A stretch of DNA of 64,000 bases from the human T2T-CHM13v2.0 reference genome, Homo sapiens, in the NCBI RefSeq assembly GCF_009914755.1, contig NC_060941.1, one strand, 5' to 3'. Below are positions 27,853-41,405 of this stretch, piece by piece. Made by a program: the position numbers and the translations under genes. The notes beneath the pieces were generated by a model that was not told the DNA's origin, ran no database searches, and was given only the letters and a program-made list of their open reading frames with translations. How positions within the stretch are numbered: the stretch's first letter is position 1; each line of letters starts with the position of its first letter.

Positions 27853-30800
27853 GGGGGAAACCACCCTGTAGAAAGGACATCACTCATATTTGTCCCATTA
27901 ATGAGGAAATTGGGGCACAAGGAGGTTGAATAAATTGCCTAGGGTCACAGCTGATAGAGCCAGGATTCAAACACAGGAATGAATAATTCCATCAATTTTC
28001 ACTTCCACAATTAACAGCTGCTCATGCAAGTAGGTCATGGCCCTTAACCTGGGTCATGGGAACACATTAGCCCTAGAGAGGCAGCTGCAACAGGTAGAAA
28101 ATGCTTGACCCCCACAGAGGACTTTACAGAAACAGCAGCTGTTCCGGGATGACCATTTGAGTCCACACACAATTAGTCTTTCCCAAAGCAGACACAATTA
28201 CTTGATTTGAAAAACTGGTGCCAGGATGCTAAGTCCTGATGCAGATATCTGGTGGCCCCTGGGCCTTCCCCTTTTTCCTGGCTGGGAGTGTGATTTAAAA
28301 CCTCCTGGCTAAGCTCATTTTGCCAAATAGCTCCTGCAGGATTCATTTCCAAGGCTGAGTCCAGAAATTTCTAGCTCAGCAAATAGATCCAAAGCAAGAT
28401 GACGAATTCACCCAAGCTACCTCTGAGACTAAGGAATATGGTTTCTTGTGCTTTGCAGAGGCAAACAGATGTGTTTATACACAAATTTACACACATAAAA
28501 TGCCTTGCTTGTTATAAAGAAGAGAGAAAAAATGTAACTGTACATCTGCATGTACAGTAGCTTCCATCTGGGAACTGTAACTTCCCAGTAGCTGTCCATC
28601 TGGGAGGAGAAGGTGAATGAAGGAATGAAGGTCCTCCGCAGGAACACAGAATGATGCTGTGTCATATTTCACACCGCTGCTGTACTACTTGGAGAAATAG
28701 GCTCCTGTCTCACTTTACAGCTAGAAACAGTGCAGACTGTTCTTAAGGCTGATGCAGAATTGAGAGGAACTGGAAGATCATCTCAGGTAACACAATCAGG
28801 CACTTATGATTAGAAGAATGGACTTACCCAGGATCAAGCAGCTACTTAGTGGCAGAGCCAGAGAGGTAAGGTGACTGTCTAAGGTCACTCAGTGCATAGC
28901 TGGAGTCAGAGACCTGGGTTCTCTTCCCTGGACCAACCATGCAACTGAAAGCAGGTTCTTTAACCTCTCGAGGTTTCTGTTCCTTGAATATAAAATGGTG
29001 CTAATAAGTGCTAGCTCAAAAGCTTATTGTGAGGACTGGGTGTGATAAGGCCCTAAGCACAATGCCTGAGACACAGTACATGCTCAATAAATTACAGCTG
29101 ATGGTAGAAGTCATTTTAGTTCACCGTGGTTATGCTAATGTATCTTATCTTCAGTTTGGGCTAGATGAGTTCTAAGGTGAACCTTAGAACTTAGTTATTG
29201 GCTAGCCAATAACTAACTGACTTGTACAGCACTTTATGGCTTAAAAAGCCCTATCACAGAAGAGTTTTCTTTGCATTGCACAATTACCCTATAATATATA
29301 TATAGAACCAGCACAATTAGCTCCATCTCCCAGTTTAAGAGACTCAAAAAGCCAAAGCAGTTTACTGAATTCTGCCTTTTCCAAGATCACACAGCCAATA
29401 AGTGGCAGAGAGGAGTGCTGAAGTCAGATCTTCTAAGTCAAAATGTTGCCTTCTGTCTGGTGGCCCAAGTGTCCAACTCTTAGGCCATTGTCCTTCCCTT
29501 AGTGTGTTTGTCCCTGCTTCCCTACAGCCCCCCTTCCAGGCCAAGCCAACCATTGCTCTTGGAGTGTGCCTCTCACCAGCAGATCCAATGAATAATCATG
29601 ACAGTAACCCTACTGTTGCCCTTTTACTGCAGAGATGGGGATAGATTTATAGAGGCTGACTGTGGCTGGTATTTGGGAATGGATAATCACCTTCACTTAC
29701 TATATCCTAGGCTGCTTCGGCTAAATATTTACTGCCCAGAATTCTGCCCTTTCCAACCAGTTCTGAATATGAGCATGGCACAGGCAACTAAGTGGCATAA
29801 TTCATTTGGGGCAACCATAAATCTAAGGCTTCCACCAGAAATGATGCAAAAAATTAATGGAACATGAAATCAAGTAAATGGAATTGAGTACAGTAATTAG
29901 TTCATATTTTAATCCTCAGGTCTGTTTATTATCTGTCAACTGGCGAGCAATTAAGTTGGCACCATTGAAATGATTAGCTTTGTTTCAGCAAAAGTTTATC
30001 GATATGTCAGTGCAAATGGATCCGGTGGTTTTAAATGGCCTTATTTTGAATTGTAGAGCAGCACATCCATGGAGCAGCTAGACATCGAATGATTTAATTT
30101 AGCAATATTATCTGGATTACTTATATTTAATATTACTGAACTGTTCTGGAGGGTTATGGGGGAATGTGGGCGGGGGAGATTTAAACTGCACAAAAGCATT
30201 GCTTCTGTTCTTAGGTTCTTAATGCAATAGTATGATTGCCTTTTCATATTGAGACCAAGGAAGAACATTTAAGACACTATATTTTAGTCTTCCAATCTTT
30301 AATTCTCACATTTATCTCAATCAGGCACTATTATGGCTCGCTCTCACATTGGTGGTCTTTTCTCAGGGGTGATTTGGTGATTTCTAGATCCACTTCCTTG
30401 TGGATGCTCATCATGGCTTATGTTTTGTGAAATAATCTCCCAATGTCTTTGCTGTTTTGAGGCTGACTCTATAGATGCCCTTGCGATGGGGCTGTGCTCA
30501 CAAATGCAGGAAATGTGATTCTCAGGCTCTATTTGCTCTATGAGGTGACTAAACCAGGTGACCTAAGAAGGTTTTTTGAATCTTGGGATTTGACAGAATT
30601 CTAAATTTTATTTAAAAAGTTAAAAATCCCCAATTAAGAGTCAGGAAACTTGGGTTCTGGTCCTAATTCTGCCGCTAAATCTCTGTGACCTTGGGCAGGT
30701 CTCTTGCCCTTTCTGGCATTTGATTTTTCCTTTGTACACACAGGGGGTATGCTGGAAGAGATGGCCTCAAAAGTTCCTCCTCTGACACTGTCACTTTAGA

Positions 30801-32344
30801 TGGACACTTGGAGTAGACTTGTCCTTTCCAAGTCCAGGTCTATGTCTGGAAGTGAGAGATGTGACCTTTCATGGAACCTCTACAAATTTTCATTGGCCAC
30901 TGATAGTATCAGAGTCCCAACGAATATAGGTCATTCTTATTTAACACCTCTTTTTCAAATTGATTTTATTCCTGCAGCGTTGGAAATGAGTTAAAAAACA
31001 CAGCTAGTTCACGGAAATGTTGTGAGCGGTACTCATGCCTGTAACTGCAGTGTCACTGGTTACTAAATAAACGAAGGCCTCATTCAACACTTGTAAAATG
31101 ATAATAGCCATGGTCTCCATGGTGACAGGTCTGAGGCAGAACCCTGATCAAATTCCAGTTAATGCCTGTCTTTAATATTGTCTTTTGTAATGTAACACCT
31201 TCCTCCTTTCTTCCGATGAAGCATCAGCAGGGAGATCAGAGTCAAGTGGAGGAGGATGGTGGCTGTCATATGCCATCCTGGGGGTCCAGGCCAGAGTTAT
31301 GATGCAGATTAGGCTGGAGTCAATGGGATAATGAGTTGACCGCAGGAGGCTGTCTTCTAATGCAATGCCCTCTCTCTTAGGCTGCACTAGTGACTATCCA
31401 ATACTGGCAATTCAGGAACTGCTGACTTGATTGGGCTGTGCTTTCCCAGAAGTAATTATAAAAATGTCCAGAGGGAGAACTTCCTCTCCTTAGATCAGAG
31501 TCATCATATGCTTGCTGGTATTGCTGTAATGTGCCCTACCACCATCTGAGCTTCTGCCTCTGCTTTGCTTCTCGAAGGCCAGTTTGCTCACTCTGGTGGG
31601 ACTGGCTCTTAGAATCTAGAAATTTGATGTCTAGCATTGGCAAAGCTCCTTAGTCTGATCCTAGGAGTAATTCCAGGGCTGAAATGAGGAATCTAAATGA
31701 ATTTTTCTGGTACACAGGTTCTCAATTGTTCCATTATTTCTCCCAGGTACTCCGAATTTACTTACCTTGTATTTGTGAATAATTTAACATAAAAAATTCT
31801 AGAACCTCTGTTAATATTGACAACTTTATTAGGTTTGCCATTATGACTATACAATTTAATTCATGATCTATTGGGTATAATCTAGGTACTTTGAAAGCTA
31901 CATTCTTAAATTATCTTCATTTACTCATTTAATCTCTACTCAGCAATACGTACCCTGTGCCCATTATGTGTATGGGGAGATATTTAAAAACTACAACATA
32001 CTCTGTGACTGTAGGGAGTTAACAGTCTGATTGGAAAGACAGGATCCTCTACTATACTGTAGGCTCCTTACAGGTAGGCACTATGGCCTATCAGTCTTTG
32101 AATTTCCCTACCAAGCTAGGGCCCAGAGCAGATGCGTAATCATTCGTATTGGGTTTATGGATAAATTGTGGGCTATATTAGGCAGTGTTATGAATCAGAA
32201 GACCCGAACTAAGTCCAATCTTGGTTATTTATTGCCTGGATGGTCTTGGGCCTTTGTTTCCCCAAGAAGGTGGTAACATTGAGAGCAACCGCCTTGAGGT
32301 TTATGATCAAATGGGAGAATTTCTGTCTCTGTGCTTTGGAATTT

Positions 32345-32871
32345 ATTCAGAGTAAAAACCAAAGTCCATACAAAGTGCACATAGAGAGGACCCACGTGGT
32401 CTGCAGCAGCCTCTGGCCCTGCTCTGACCTCTCCGACCTCCTTCCCCATCACTCACACATGTGCTCATGCTGCTTCCGCTCTTCCTTGCATGCTCACAGC
32501 TCCCTCCCACTTCAAAATCATGGTACTGGCGATTGCCTCTGCCTGGAATGTCCTTCCCCAGACATCTCCCTGGCAACCTCACAAATGTCATCTTCTCACT
32601 GAGGCCTATACTGGCCACACTATTTAAACTTGTAGCTCACTCCTTCCACTCCTCATTCTCTGATCTCTCTTGTTTTGCTCTAGTTCTCTCTCCATAGCAT
32701 TTATCATATTCTAAATTTACATGTAAATTTACTCATTTATTATGTTTATTATTTATTATCTGTCTCCCCCCGCTAGACTATAAGCACCTTACAGGTAGAC
32801 ATTTTTATTTGTTTTATTCACTGTAGCACATAATAGACAATCAATATTTGTTAACTGGATGAATGAATGAA
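32345..32871 (+). mobile_element. L2a 3' end
   Basis: CCTCTGCCTGGAATG...TCTGTCTCCCCCCGCTAGACTATAAGC...AATATTTGTT...(GAAT)n tail. Confidence 0.75.
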
Positions 32872-33670
32872 GGTAAACCACAAAGCATGTGAACAGTGGC
32901 CAAGTGTTGGCAGTGAGATTCTGCAGCCACCTATGGGCATGACTGGGTGAGCTCTAGATTGTGCTGCACAGTAACTAACTCAAGTCTGTGCCTTGTCCTT
33001 CCAGTGGCTCTTAAATCCCTCCAGGGTAGCGCTTAATTGTTCAATCCTTTTGTGTCCTTTACCACATTTGGGATAGGGCTAGGTGGGGTGCCTTCTAAAT
33101 ACATTTTGAATTTCTGAAAGCATATTTCTTTCCCAGAGAAATTCCAGAACATGTCTTAGTAGTAACTGCAAACTGAACCACTCTTCCTCTTTTACAGTTT
33201 CTAATGGAATTTAATGCTTTGGGTAGCCTTCATATAAACACTCCATCTTCAAGTTAAATGGGGCTGTATATTTCTGTATAGTGAATGGAGGCAACATACT
33301 TTAGAATTTCAGGGAAAAAAATGCCTATAAGATTTTTGTTCCTGGGACACAAATGGTTGACTGAGTTGTTGATTCAGTGGTTTAATGACTCATTCCACAA
33401 ACACCACTTAAGCATTGACTGTATGTCAGGCACTGTGCTAGGTGCATGGCATGCAAAGATGAATAGGTCTTGTCCTTAAGAGGTTTACCAAGGTCATTTA
33501 TTCCCTCATTCAGTAAATATTTATTGACTATCCTCAAGTCCAGACAATGTATGAGGTGTTGGGAACACAGCAATGATCAATATAAAATTCCCATCAACAA
33601 AGGACTATGGTTCCAATAGAAGTGAGATTAAACAGTTACAAAACCCACAGTGATGGGCAACATAATAGAT

Positions 33671-33829
33671 TGGGGTCAGCTAAAAAGGCCAGGTAGTAAA
33701 TATTTTGGCTTCTGCAAGCTGCATGTGGTCGGTCAGTTTCTCTCTTTTTAATAACATCCTTTAAAAATGTAAACCATTCTTAGCTCCTAGGCTGGACTTG
33801 GTCCACAGGGTATGGTTTGTAAACCCCTG
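33671..33829. mobile_element. MER58-like hAT-Charlie element
   Basis: GGGGTCAGC...GGCCAGGTAGTAAATATTTT...GGTTTGTAAACCCCTG. Confidence 0.65.
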
Positions 33830-35801
33830 TAATAGATGAATACACAGGATCCTCTGGAAGTCAAAAGGAGGCAGCACCTTCCTGTCTGGGAGGAGAGAAA
33901 GGGGCTTGGGAAGCTATGATGGGGAACTGTGGTGGATGGGGGAAGGGAGATGGGGCTGGCATTCAGAGTAGAGGGAGCAGCTTCACCATGGCATATAAGT
34001 AGCACTTCCATATGTATTGTCCATGTACCTGTCCTTATACATCCCAATCCTCATTTCCTCTCAATCTCCAATTGTGTCAATGGAGCATCTCTACCAGGAG
34101 GTCGTGGCAGAGCAGCAAAGTGCTAATTACATTGCCTGAGCACTCCTCACAAGCCATTCATTGCCTAATGGGGCCCTGGCTCTCAAGGATGTTCTCCTCA
34201 GCACTTTTCATACCCTAGCACACTTCAGGACAATTTGATGTTAGTTGCTTATTCCTACAAATTTGTGTTGCTTTAGTGAAACCAGCCTCTCAAGGATGCA
34301 AATAATTGATTCCTGGAAGAGGACAAGGCCTGCATTTTCTGTTGTTTTGTTTCAGTTGTTGGTTCTGAGATAATTGTTTTCTCTTTTCTGATTCAGAGCC
34401 ACTGAGAGAGAGAGAGAAAGCAAGAGAGAAAGCCCCATATTTTACATATGACTTTAATTCTCCCCTTTTAATGAAACACATCCTATCTATATCACCATAG
34501 CAACAGCTATGGACTTTTCCCTCTCTCAGATGTGTTTTGAGCAGGATCAGAGATTCCAGAGGCTGAGAGCTAGCAAGGTCAAGGTGTTTCTATCTTGCTG
34601 TCAGAGGGAGCAGCAAGTGGGTCAGGTTGCACAGCTGCTCACCCATTCTTTGCTTAATGCTATCTAGTGAGAGCTATTTCATAATCCCCTTCTGGAATAA
34701 GCTTCAAATATAATCCACATTATGTGGTATTATCAATATACATCCCTCAATAGACTTTACACATCTGTGGGCAGAAGCTGCACTCTGGCCCATGCCTAGC
34801 TCGGAGCCCACCACATGGCAGAAGCACAAGAGCATGTGAAGAGTGGATGAAATTAACAGGAGGAACTGGCTATAGATCTTGCATGAAGTGGCTGGTACAA
34901 TTCTCCGTGTACCCTTCTGCCCCCTTGAAAAGAAGAACTTAAGGAAGGATTTTTAAATGAACTTGTCTAATGTATCCCAAATCAGGAATATTCTTCTTGT
35001 CCAGCCCCCACTACTGCAATGGAATCTAAGGCATGTTTCTTTTCAAATATTATTTTTTCCCTGGCTAATGTATTTTCTTCTTTTCATAAATATCCTACTT
35101 TATACTGGACATTAATCTAACCATTTAGACATGATTAGCAAGCTAAGGGTCTTACTTATTAAAAACAGTTCATTTTTCCTTCTTAAAGAAATGGAGACAT
35201 TTGAATCCCTGAATGTGCTCATTTATCACCAATCCCCAACAAGGAATCCAGGAGTTCTCTGTGTAGGACATGAGTAATTTTTATAAAAATGCAGTTGCTG
35301 ACTATGTCATACATCCATGCAGCTTTATAAAACAAAGCAAATGATTACCATCAATTACAATAACCTCACTAGACAAGACTGCAATTAATCTATAGCTCTT
35401 CAGATAACGACTGTTGCACTGTGCCAAGGAAAATGCCTGGCATTAATTGACTTATCACGATCAGCAGTGATAGATAGGGCATATGGCAATGTGATCATTC
35501 ACTGTCAACAAAATAAACACATGCTTTCTTGCTAGAAGTGTCTACTTGGGTCCTCTCAAAGGATAGCCAAAAATAGAGGCCAAAGGTGGCTTTGAAGGTA
35601 GCACAAAATAAAAATTAAGTTAACCAGATTCGCGCAATCTACCCACATAACAAACCTGCATGTGTACACTTTAATCTATAATAAAAGTTGAAATTCATTT
35701 TTTAAAAAGTTAACCTTCAGGGTGAGATATGTTGACTTTTACTGAGGCTAATCCTCAGTAGAATACAATTGAAGGAAATTTCTATAAGAAAATCATGGAT
35801 T

Positions 35802-36178
<377 letters not shown>

Positions 36179-36218
36179 TCACCAAATTCTGTTCAGTGCT
36201 TAATAACTCCAGTAATGG

Positions 36219-36398
36219 GGCTGAGTGCAGTGGATCACACCTATAATCCTAGCACTTTGTGGGGGGGCCAAGACAAAAGAATTGATTGAGCCCAGGAGTT
36301 AGAGGTTACAGTGAACTGTGATGGTGCTACCACTGTACTTCAGCCTGGGTAACAGAGTAAGACCCTTTCTCTCTAAATAAATAAATAAATAAATAAAA
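36219..36398 (+). mobile_element. Free Alu monomer (FRAM/FAM-like)
   Basis: Single ~155-bp monomer with (TAAA)n tail; 15-bp TSD AATAACTCCAGTAAT (36202-36216) / AATAATTCCAGTAAT (36397-36411). Confidence 0.8.
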
Positions 36399-39385
36399 TA
36401 ATTCCAGTAATATGAAGTCACAATTTTCAGAGGCAAACTCATTTCATCACTGTATCGTTTTCATCGTTAGAACACATATGCAGCTGAATTCCATCTTTTT
36501 GTAGCTACCACCCATTGGCCATAGGTGTCTTCCCTTATGCTACACAGAAGATGCCAAACTCTTCTTGCTTGCTGAAATCCGTAAATGGGATCTCAAAAGT
36601 CAACTGCTTATCGCACTACTTTGCATATAGCATTGTTTCGGGGACTCTGAAATTCTGGTCTCTTGCACCTAAACCCATACCAGTTCGTCTATAGACCCCT
36701 GACATTGAGAGGCTTGGAAAGAAATGTGATACGATGACTGCATCTACCCAGGGCAAGGTAGATTATACCTATGCTGAGGCCAGTGCTCAAGCCTACATTG
36801 GAGCAGTGGATGTGTGTGTGTGACCACCCTACTTGGGAAGCTGTTCTCCAAGTCTCATTAGTCTAGATAGCATCCCAGCCTTGCCATTTCCAGGGGACAA
36901 TTACCAATGTGTGTGCCTTCCCCCCTTTTTAGCAGTGTGATTTTGTTGATTAAGTCCCCTTTGTTTAGAAAACTGGGATAATTCAGGCGGAGTTTCACCT
37001 AAAATTGTCACAGTGGTCGCTAACCAAAATCTCTTGGGGAAAGTTTTACAAATGTACAAACCTGGATCCTATATCCTGAGACTGATTCAGTTGGTTTTGG
37101 GAAGGACTGAGAGGAAAATATTTTGACAAGGCTTCCCAGTTCATTGTGATTTGCAACCCTGCTTACATGCTTTCTTCACTCATTGCTTTCTTCACTGGGA
37201 ACACATAATAATGTACCATTGTGGAAGTGCTTCACAAACCTAATCGTCAGACTCTCCTGGGAACTTTTAAAATGCAAATTCTTTGGTGCACCTGATACCT
37301 GTGGTCTGGTGTAGGTCTAGGAAAATTCATACACTAAGAGATCAAATTACTATATGTTTCCCTTAAGGATTTTGGAAGCACTCATTTACTCTAAAATTGT
37401 GGTTCACGTATAAGTTACAAAGCACCCTTATCATATACTGAAGAAACAACTGTCACTAAAGAATAATACAATGTAAAGATTTTAGCCTAGTAAACATCTA
37501 CATTTTATCAATTATTCATTTAACAAATATTTCTACTCTGAAGCAGTGTTGTGATAGGTGCTGGAATATGACAGAATATGGGGGAGAAAAAGAAATAACA
37601 GCAAACAAAAAAATGAGCAAGTAAGTCAACAGATAAAATAATTACAAACCTTAAAATAACTTAAGAGGAAGAATTCATCTAATTTTGAATATTCTCTAAT
37701 TCAGACCGGCAGTACCCAGTTATGCTCAAATTGTGACTTTCTGTCCTGCTTTCATTACATTTCTTGTTGTACTCTAGTTCAGAATCTGCAACTTGGGAGC
37801 CTGGCATTACAATGCCTTTGGAAGACATCCCTAATCAATCCTAGTATTTTTTTTCCCTACAGATCCAGGAGGGAGACCCATACTACAGCTCAACCCTATT
37901 GTTTATAGAGTCATGATTAACAGATCACAGATAAAATGCTAGATGAAATCATGCAGCTTCTCTAGCACACACTGCCCTGACATGCCTCGGGGCTTTTGCT
38001 CGCACTAGCCCTCATTTCCTGCTTTGTCATTGTTGTTTATCAATCATTGAGTACTTTCAGTGTTTTTACATCTGGAATCCCACTTAATTTTTAAAATGGA
38101 GGTGTCTAAACTGTGCCTTAGAAGGCTCAAGTAACATCCCAAGATCACACAGTGTGTATCAAAGCAAGACTACAAAACTCAGGTCACTGGACTCCAAAGC
38201 TGATGGTCTTAAAATTGTTCATCATTGCCTCTCTTTACAGCCCAGTTCAAGGGGCACCTTCTCTGTGAAGCTTCTCCTGACCCCTTCAAGCAAAATTTAC
38301 CACTTCTTCCTTTGAGTTTGCCAGGGCCTTTGTACATCCCCATTACAGCATGACATTATACTTTAATGACTTGAATGTAGCACTCTTTGAGCTCCTCTGT
38401 GGTAGGAGCCCTTTTTTTAAATCTCTGTATCCCTGGTAACTAGCTGAGTGCCTAGGCAGGCTCTTAGTGACACATTTTGGATGCACATTAAAATCTGGCT
38501 GCTGGACTCATTAAGATTGTGGGTCTGTTTCTTAGTGCTTGGCCTTAACACACTAAAAATAAGGCCAGATTTATACATGATCTTTAAAAAAATAAAAACA
38601 CCACATGCAATACATATTTTTGTAATTTCAAAGCCTTCCTAACATCAGTTATTGAGGACTCTTAAGCAGAAACCTAGTCACAGGGCATTTAGCCTGTAAG
38701 GACCCCTGATCTCTAGTTCATAAACACCCTCCAGTATAATGGGGGTAAAACAGATCAAATTACCTACACCCTACTTGTGAAGTGTCACACCACAGATGAC
38801 AACTGTTTAAACTGTAGCTCTTGTCCTATAAATGAAACTGTGGTTGGGCTCTCTGCTGTGGCCTGAGTTCTGTCTGGGTTGATGGTGGCACACAGTGACG
38901 TTTCCATTTTGCAGAAACTCAGGAAAACTATTGAGTTGCCTGACACTTATTTCACAGTATGTTATAGTTTTATGCAAATATGACTCATTATATTCAAAAG
39001 AAAAGTTATGGAATCTGTGCTATCATATGTGACACGTGAGAGGCTGATCGCCCAGATAGGTGTAAGTAAAGATGTATTATATATATAAGGTGAGGATTTG
39101 GGGTTGAAATAATGCTCTAGAAATATCACTGGACATGAGTCTCAAGAGAGCTGCAACATTGTCTCAGAAGGAAAGAGCTAGTTTCATTGTAGCCTTCCCT
39201 GGAAAATACTAGAAGCTTGTTATTGACTTCGATGTCAATTTGCAAAAGACAGATGGAGAAAGAAGGCATGGGCCTTCTCATTTCATAGATTAGAGCGAAT
39301 CCCTTTGTTATGTTATCCCATCTTGGACACAAACAGGCACCCAATCTTATAAGTTGACATTTAACCTTAGTACTTTGACAGACTA

Positions 39386-39745
<360 letters not shown>

Positions 39746-40668
39746 CTATGGTAATTTCTGTGAGGCATAAACCACATGATGGCTTAGGAATTTGAGGTAA
39801 GAACTTGAAGGAGACTTTTCATCATTTGTGATTAATATTTTGTGCATTGTATTTTATAAAAAATGAATTTGTCCTTCTTACTATAAGGATTTGGAATGGA
39901 AAGATACTGCAAGAGTTCTAAATCTCAGCTGTGAGAAATTGGAGAAAGCAGTTAGCAAGGGGTGAGATATTAAGAAGGCCAAATGAGACAGGGAAGAGAA
40001 AATGAGTGACTAGAAGCAGACGCTCATGGGAGATGGAAAGCCTAGGTCTGAATTCTCAAGCGTCCTATCTGGTGTGTCCTGCCCTGCAACCAGACATTGC
40101 ACAGAATCCTCATAGCTTGTGGGCCTCAAGTGGTAAACTAAAGGGATTCACTCAAACTTCCAATTTCATAGATTCCTAGACTTACTCCTTATTCCTGATT
40201 CCATCTTGCTCCAGCCCCTTCAAACTGCTAACATGACTGCTTGGCATTCCTTTTCCTTCTTTTCTTGCTGGGACTTGATGTTCAGCTTCATTTTCCTGAC
40301 TGTGACCTCAGCACTTCTCAACAACAATTGATTCTAGAACACTCATTCCCATCTGAAACTCTACTTTCTTACTCTCTTGGGTTGACTTAGCTCTGGGAGT
40401 AGGATCTAGAGCTTAGGGAGACTTTGAATGAGTCTGGAAGGAGTGTTTCTGGGTTACAGGAGGCTGAACTATTTGGATTTTCTTCCTGCTTACTCTGACT
40501 TTGGGCCAAGCCTTCAGCCCTAGTGATTCCTGAAGGGCTTCCTGTACCTTCTGACACCTTCATTAGATGTGGTTTTCATATATGTGCTCTATAGCACTAT
40601 CTTTTACCTGCCTCTTTTCCACCTTTCTGACACTGGTGTTGTGAATGATTAGCTCTTGAGTTGTTCAC

Positions 40669-41405
40669 TGTGGCAGAGACCATAATGCTCACCAAATATT
40701 CCAGTGACTCATTTTGTTTCCTGCCACCTTACTGTAGAATGGAGCCCATGTGACTGATAGGGGCCATGGGTTGGGAGGGGTCATGACAAGTGTCACTTCC
40801 AGGTTGAAATAGTGGATTCCCCAGACTCACCTTTCCCTGGTACATCGACCAATGGCATTATATGGAAATGGCAATGTGGTGCAGCGACTGCATGGAGCTC
40901 ATGTCAGCCTAGGCCCCTAGAGATTATGTGCAGTTTACAAAAATGACAGGAATTCTTCCCCTCCCTATAACTACACTCCCAACAATGTAATTTTGTAACT
41001 GCTGTCATCTAGATAAGAGGCTATTTCTCTACGTCGAGTCTGGGCTGGCCTTGTCACTTACTTTGGCCAACAGCATGTGCTGCACACAACATGCTAGTCC
41101 TGAGAGTAGACCTTGAGGGCATGCGTGTTTTCTTCACTTCTTCGTGGAGCCGTGAAACTACCATGCAAATGAGCCTGGGCTAGCCTGCTGGAGGATGGGG
41201 CCACAGTGAGGAGAGCCATCCCAGGAGAGGCCGTCTAGACGGGCTACTCTGTGGCTGATCCACTAGCTGACTGGCCCAGCTGAGATCAGCTTAGCCTGGC
41301 CCAGGTCAGAAATGTCCACTGACCCATAGGCTTGGAGCTAAATGATTATTTAAGTCTCTAAATTTTGGGGTGGTTTGTTATGCAGCAAAAGGGAACTGAT
41401 AGACA
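40669..41405 (+). mobile_element. MLT1-family MaLR LTR(s), probably nested
   Basis: TGTGGCAGAG...CCCATGTGACT...TGTCACTTCCAGG; TCTGGGCTGGCCTTGTCACTTACTTTGGCCAACAG; end TTTTGGGGTGGTTTGTTATGCAGCAA. Confidence 0.7.

Noticed and set aside
31760-31768. Consensus minus-strand donor AAG|GTAAGT as a cryptic exon or recursive splice site
   Set aside because: No polypyrimidine tract or convincing acceptor upstream; such 9-mers occur by chance in long introns.
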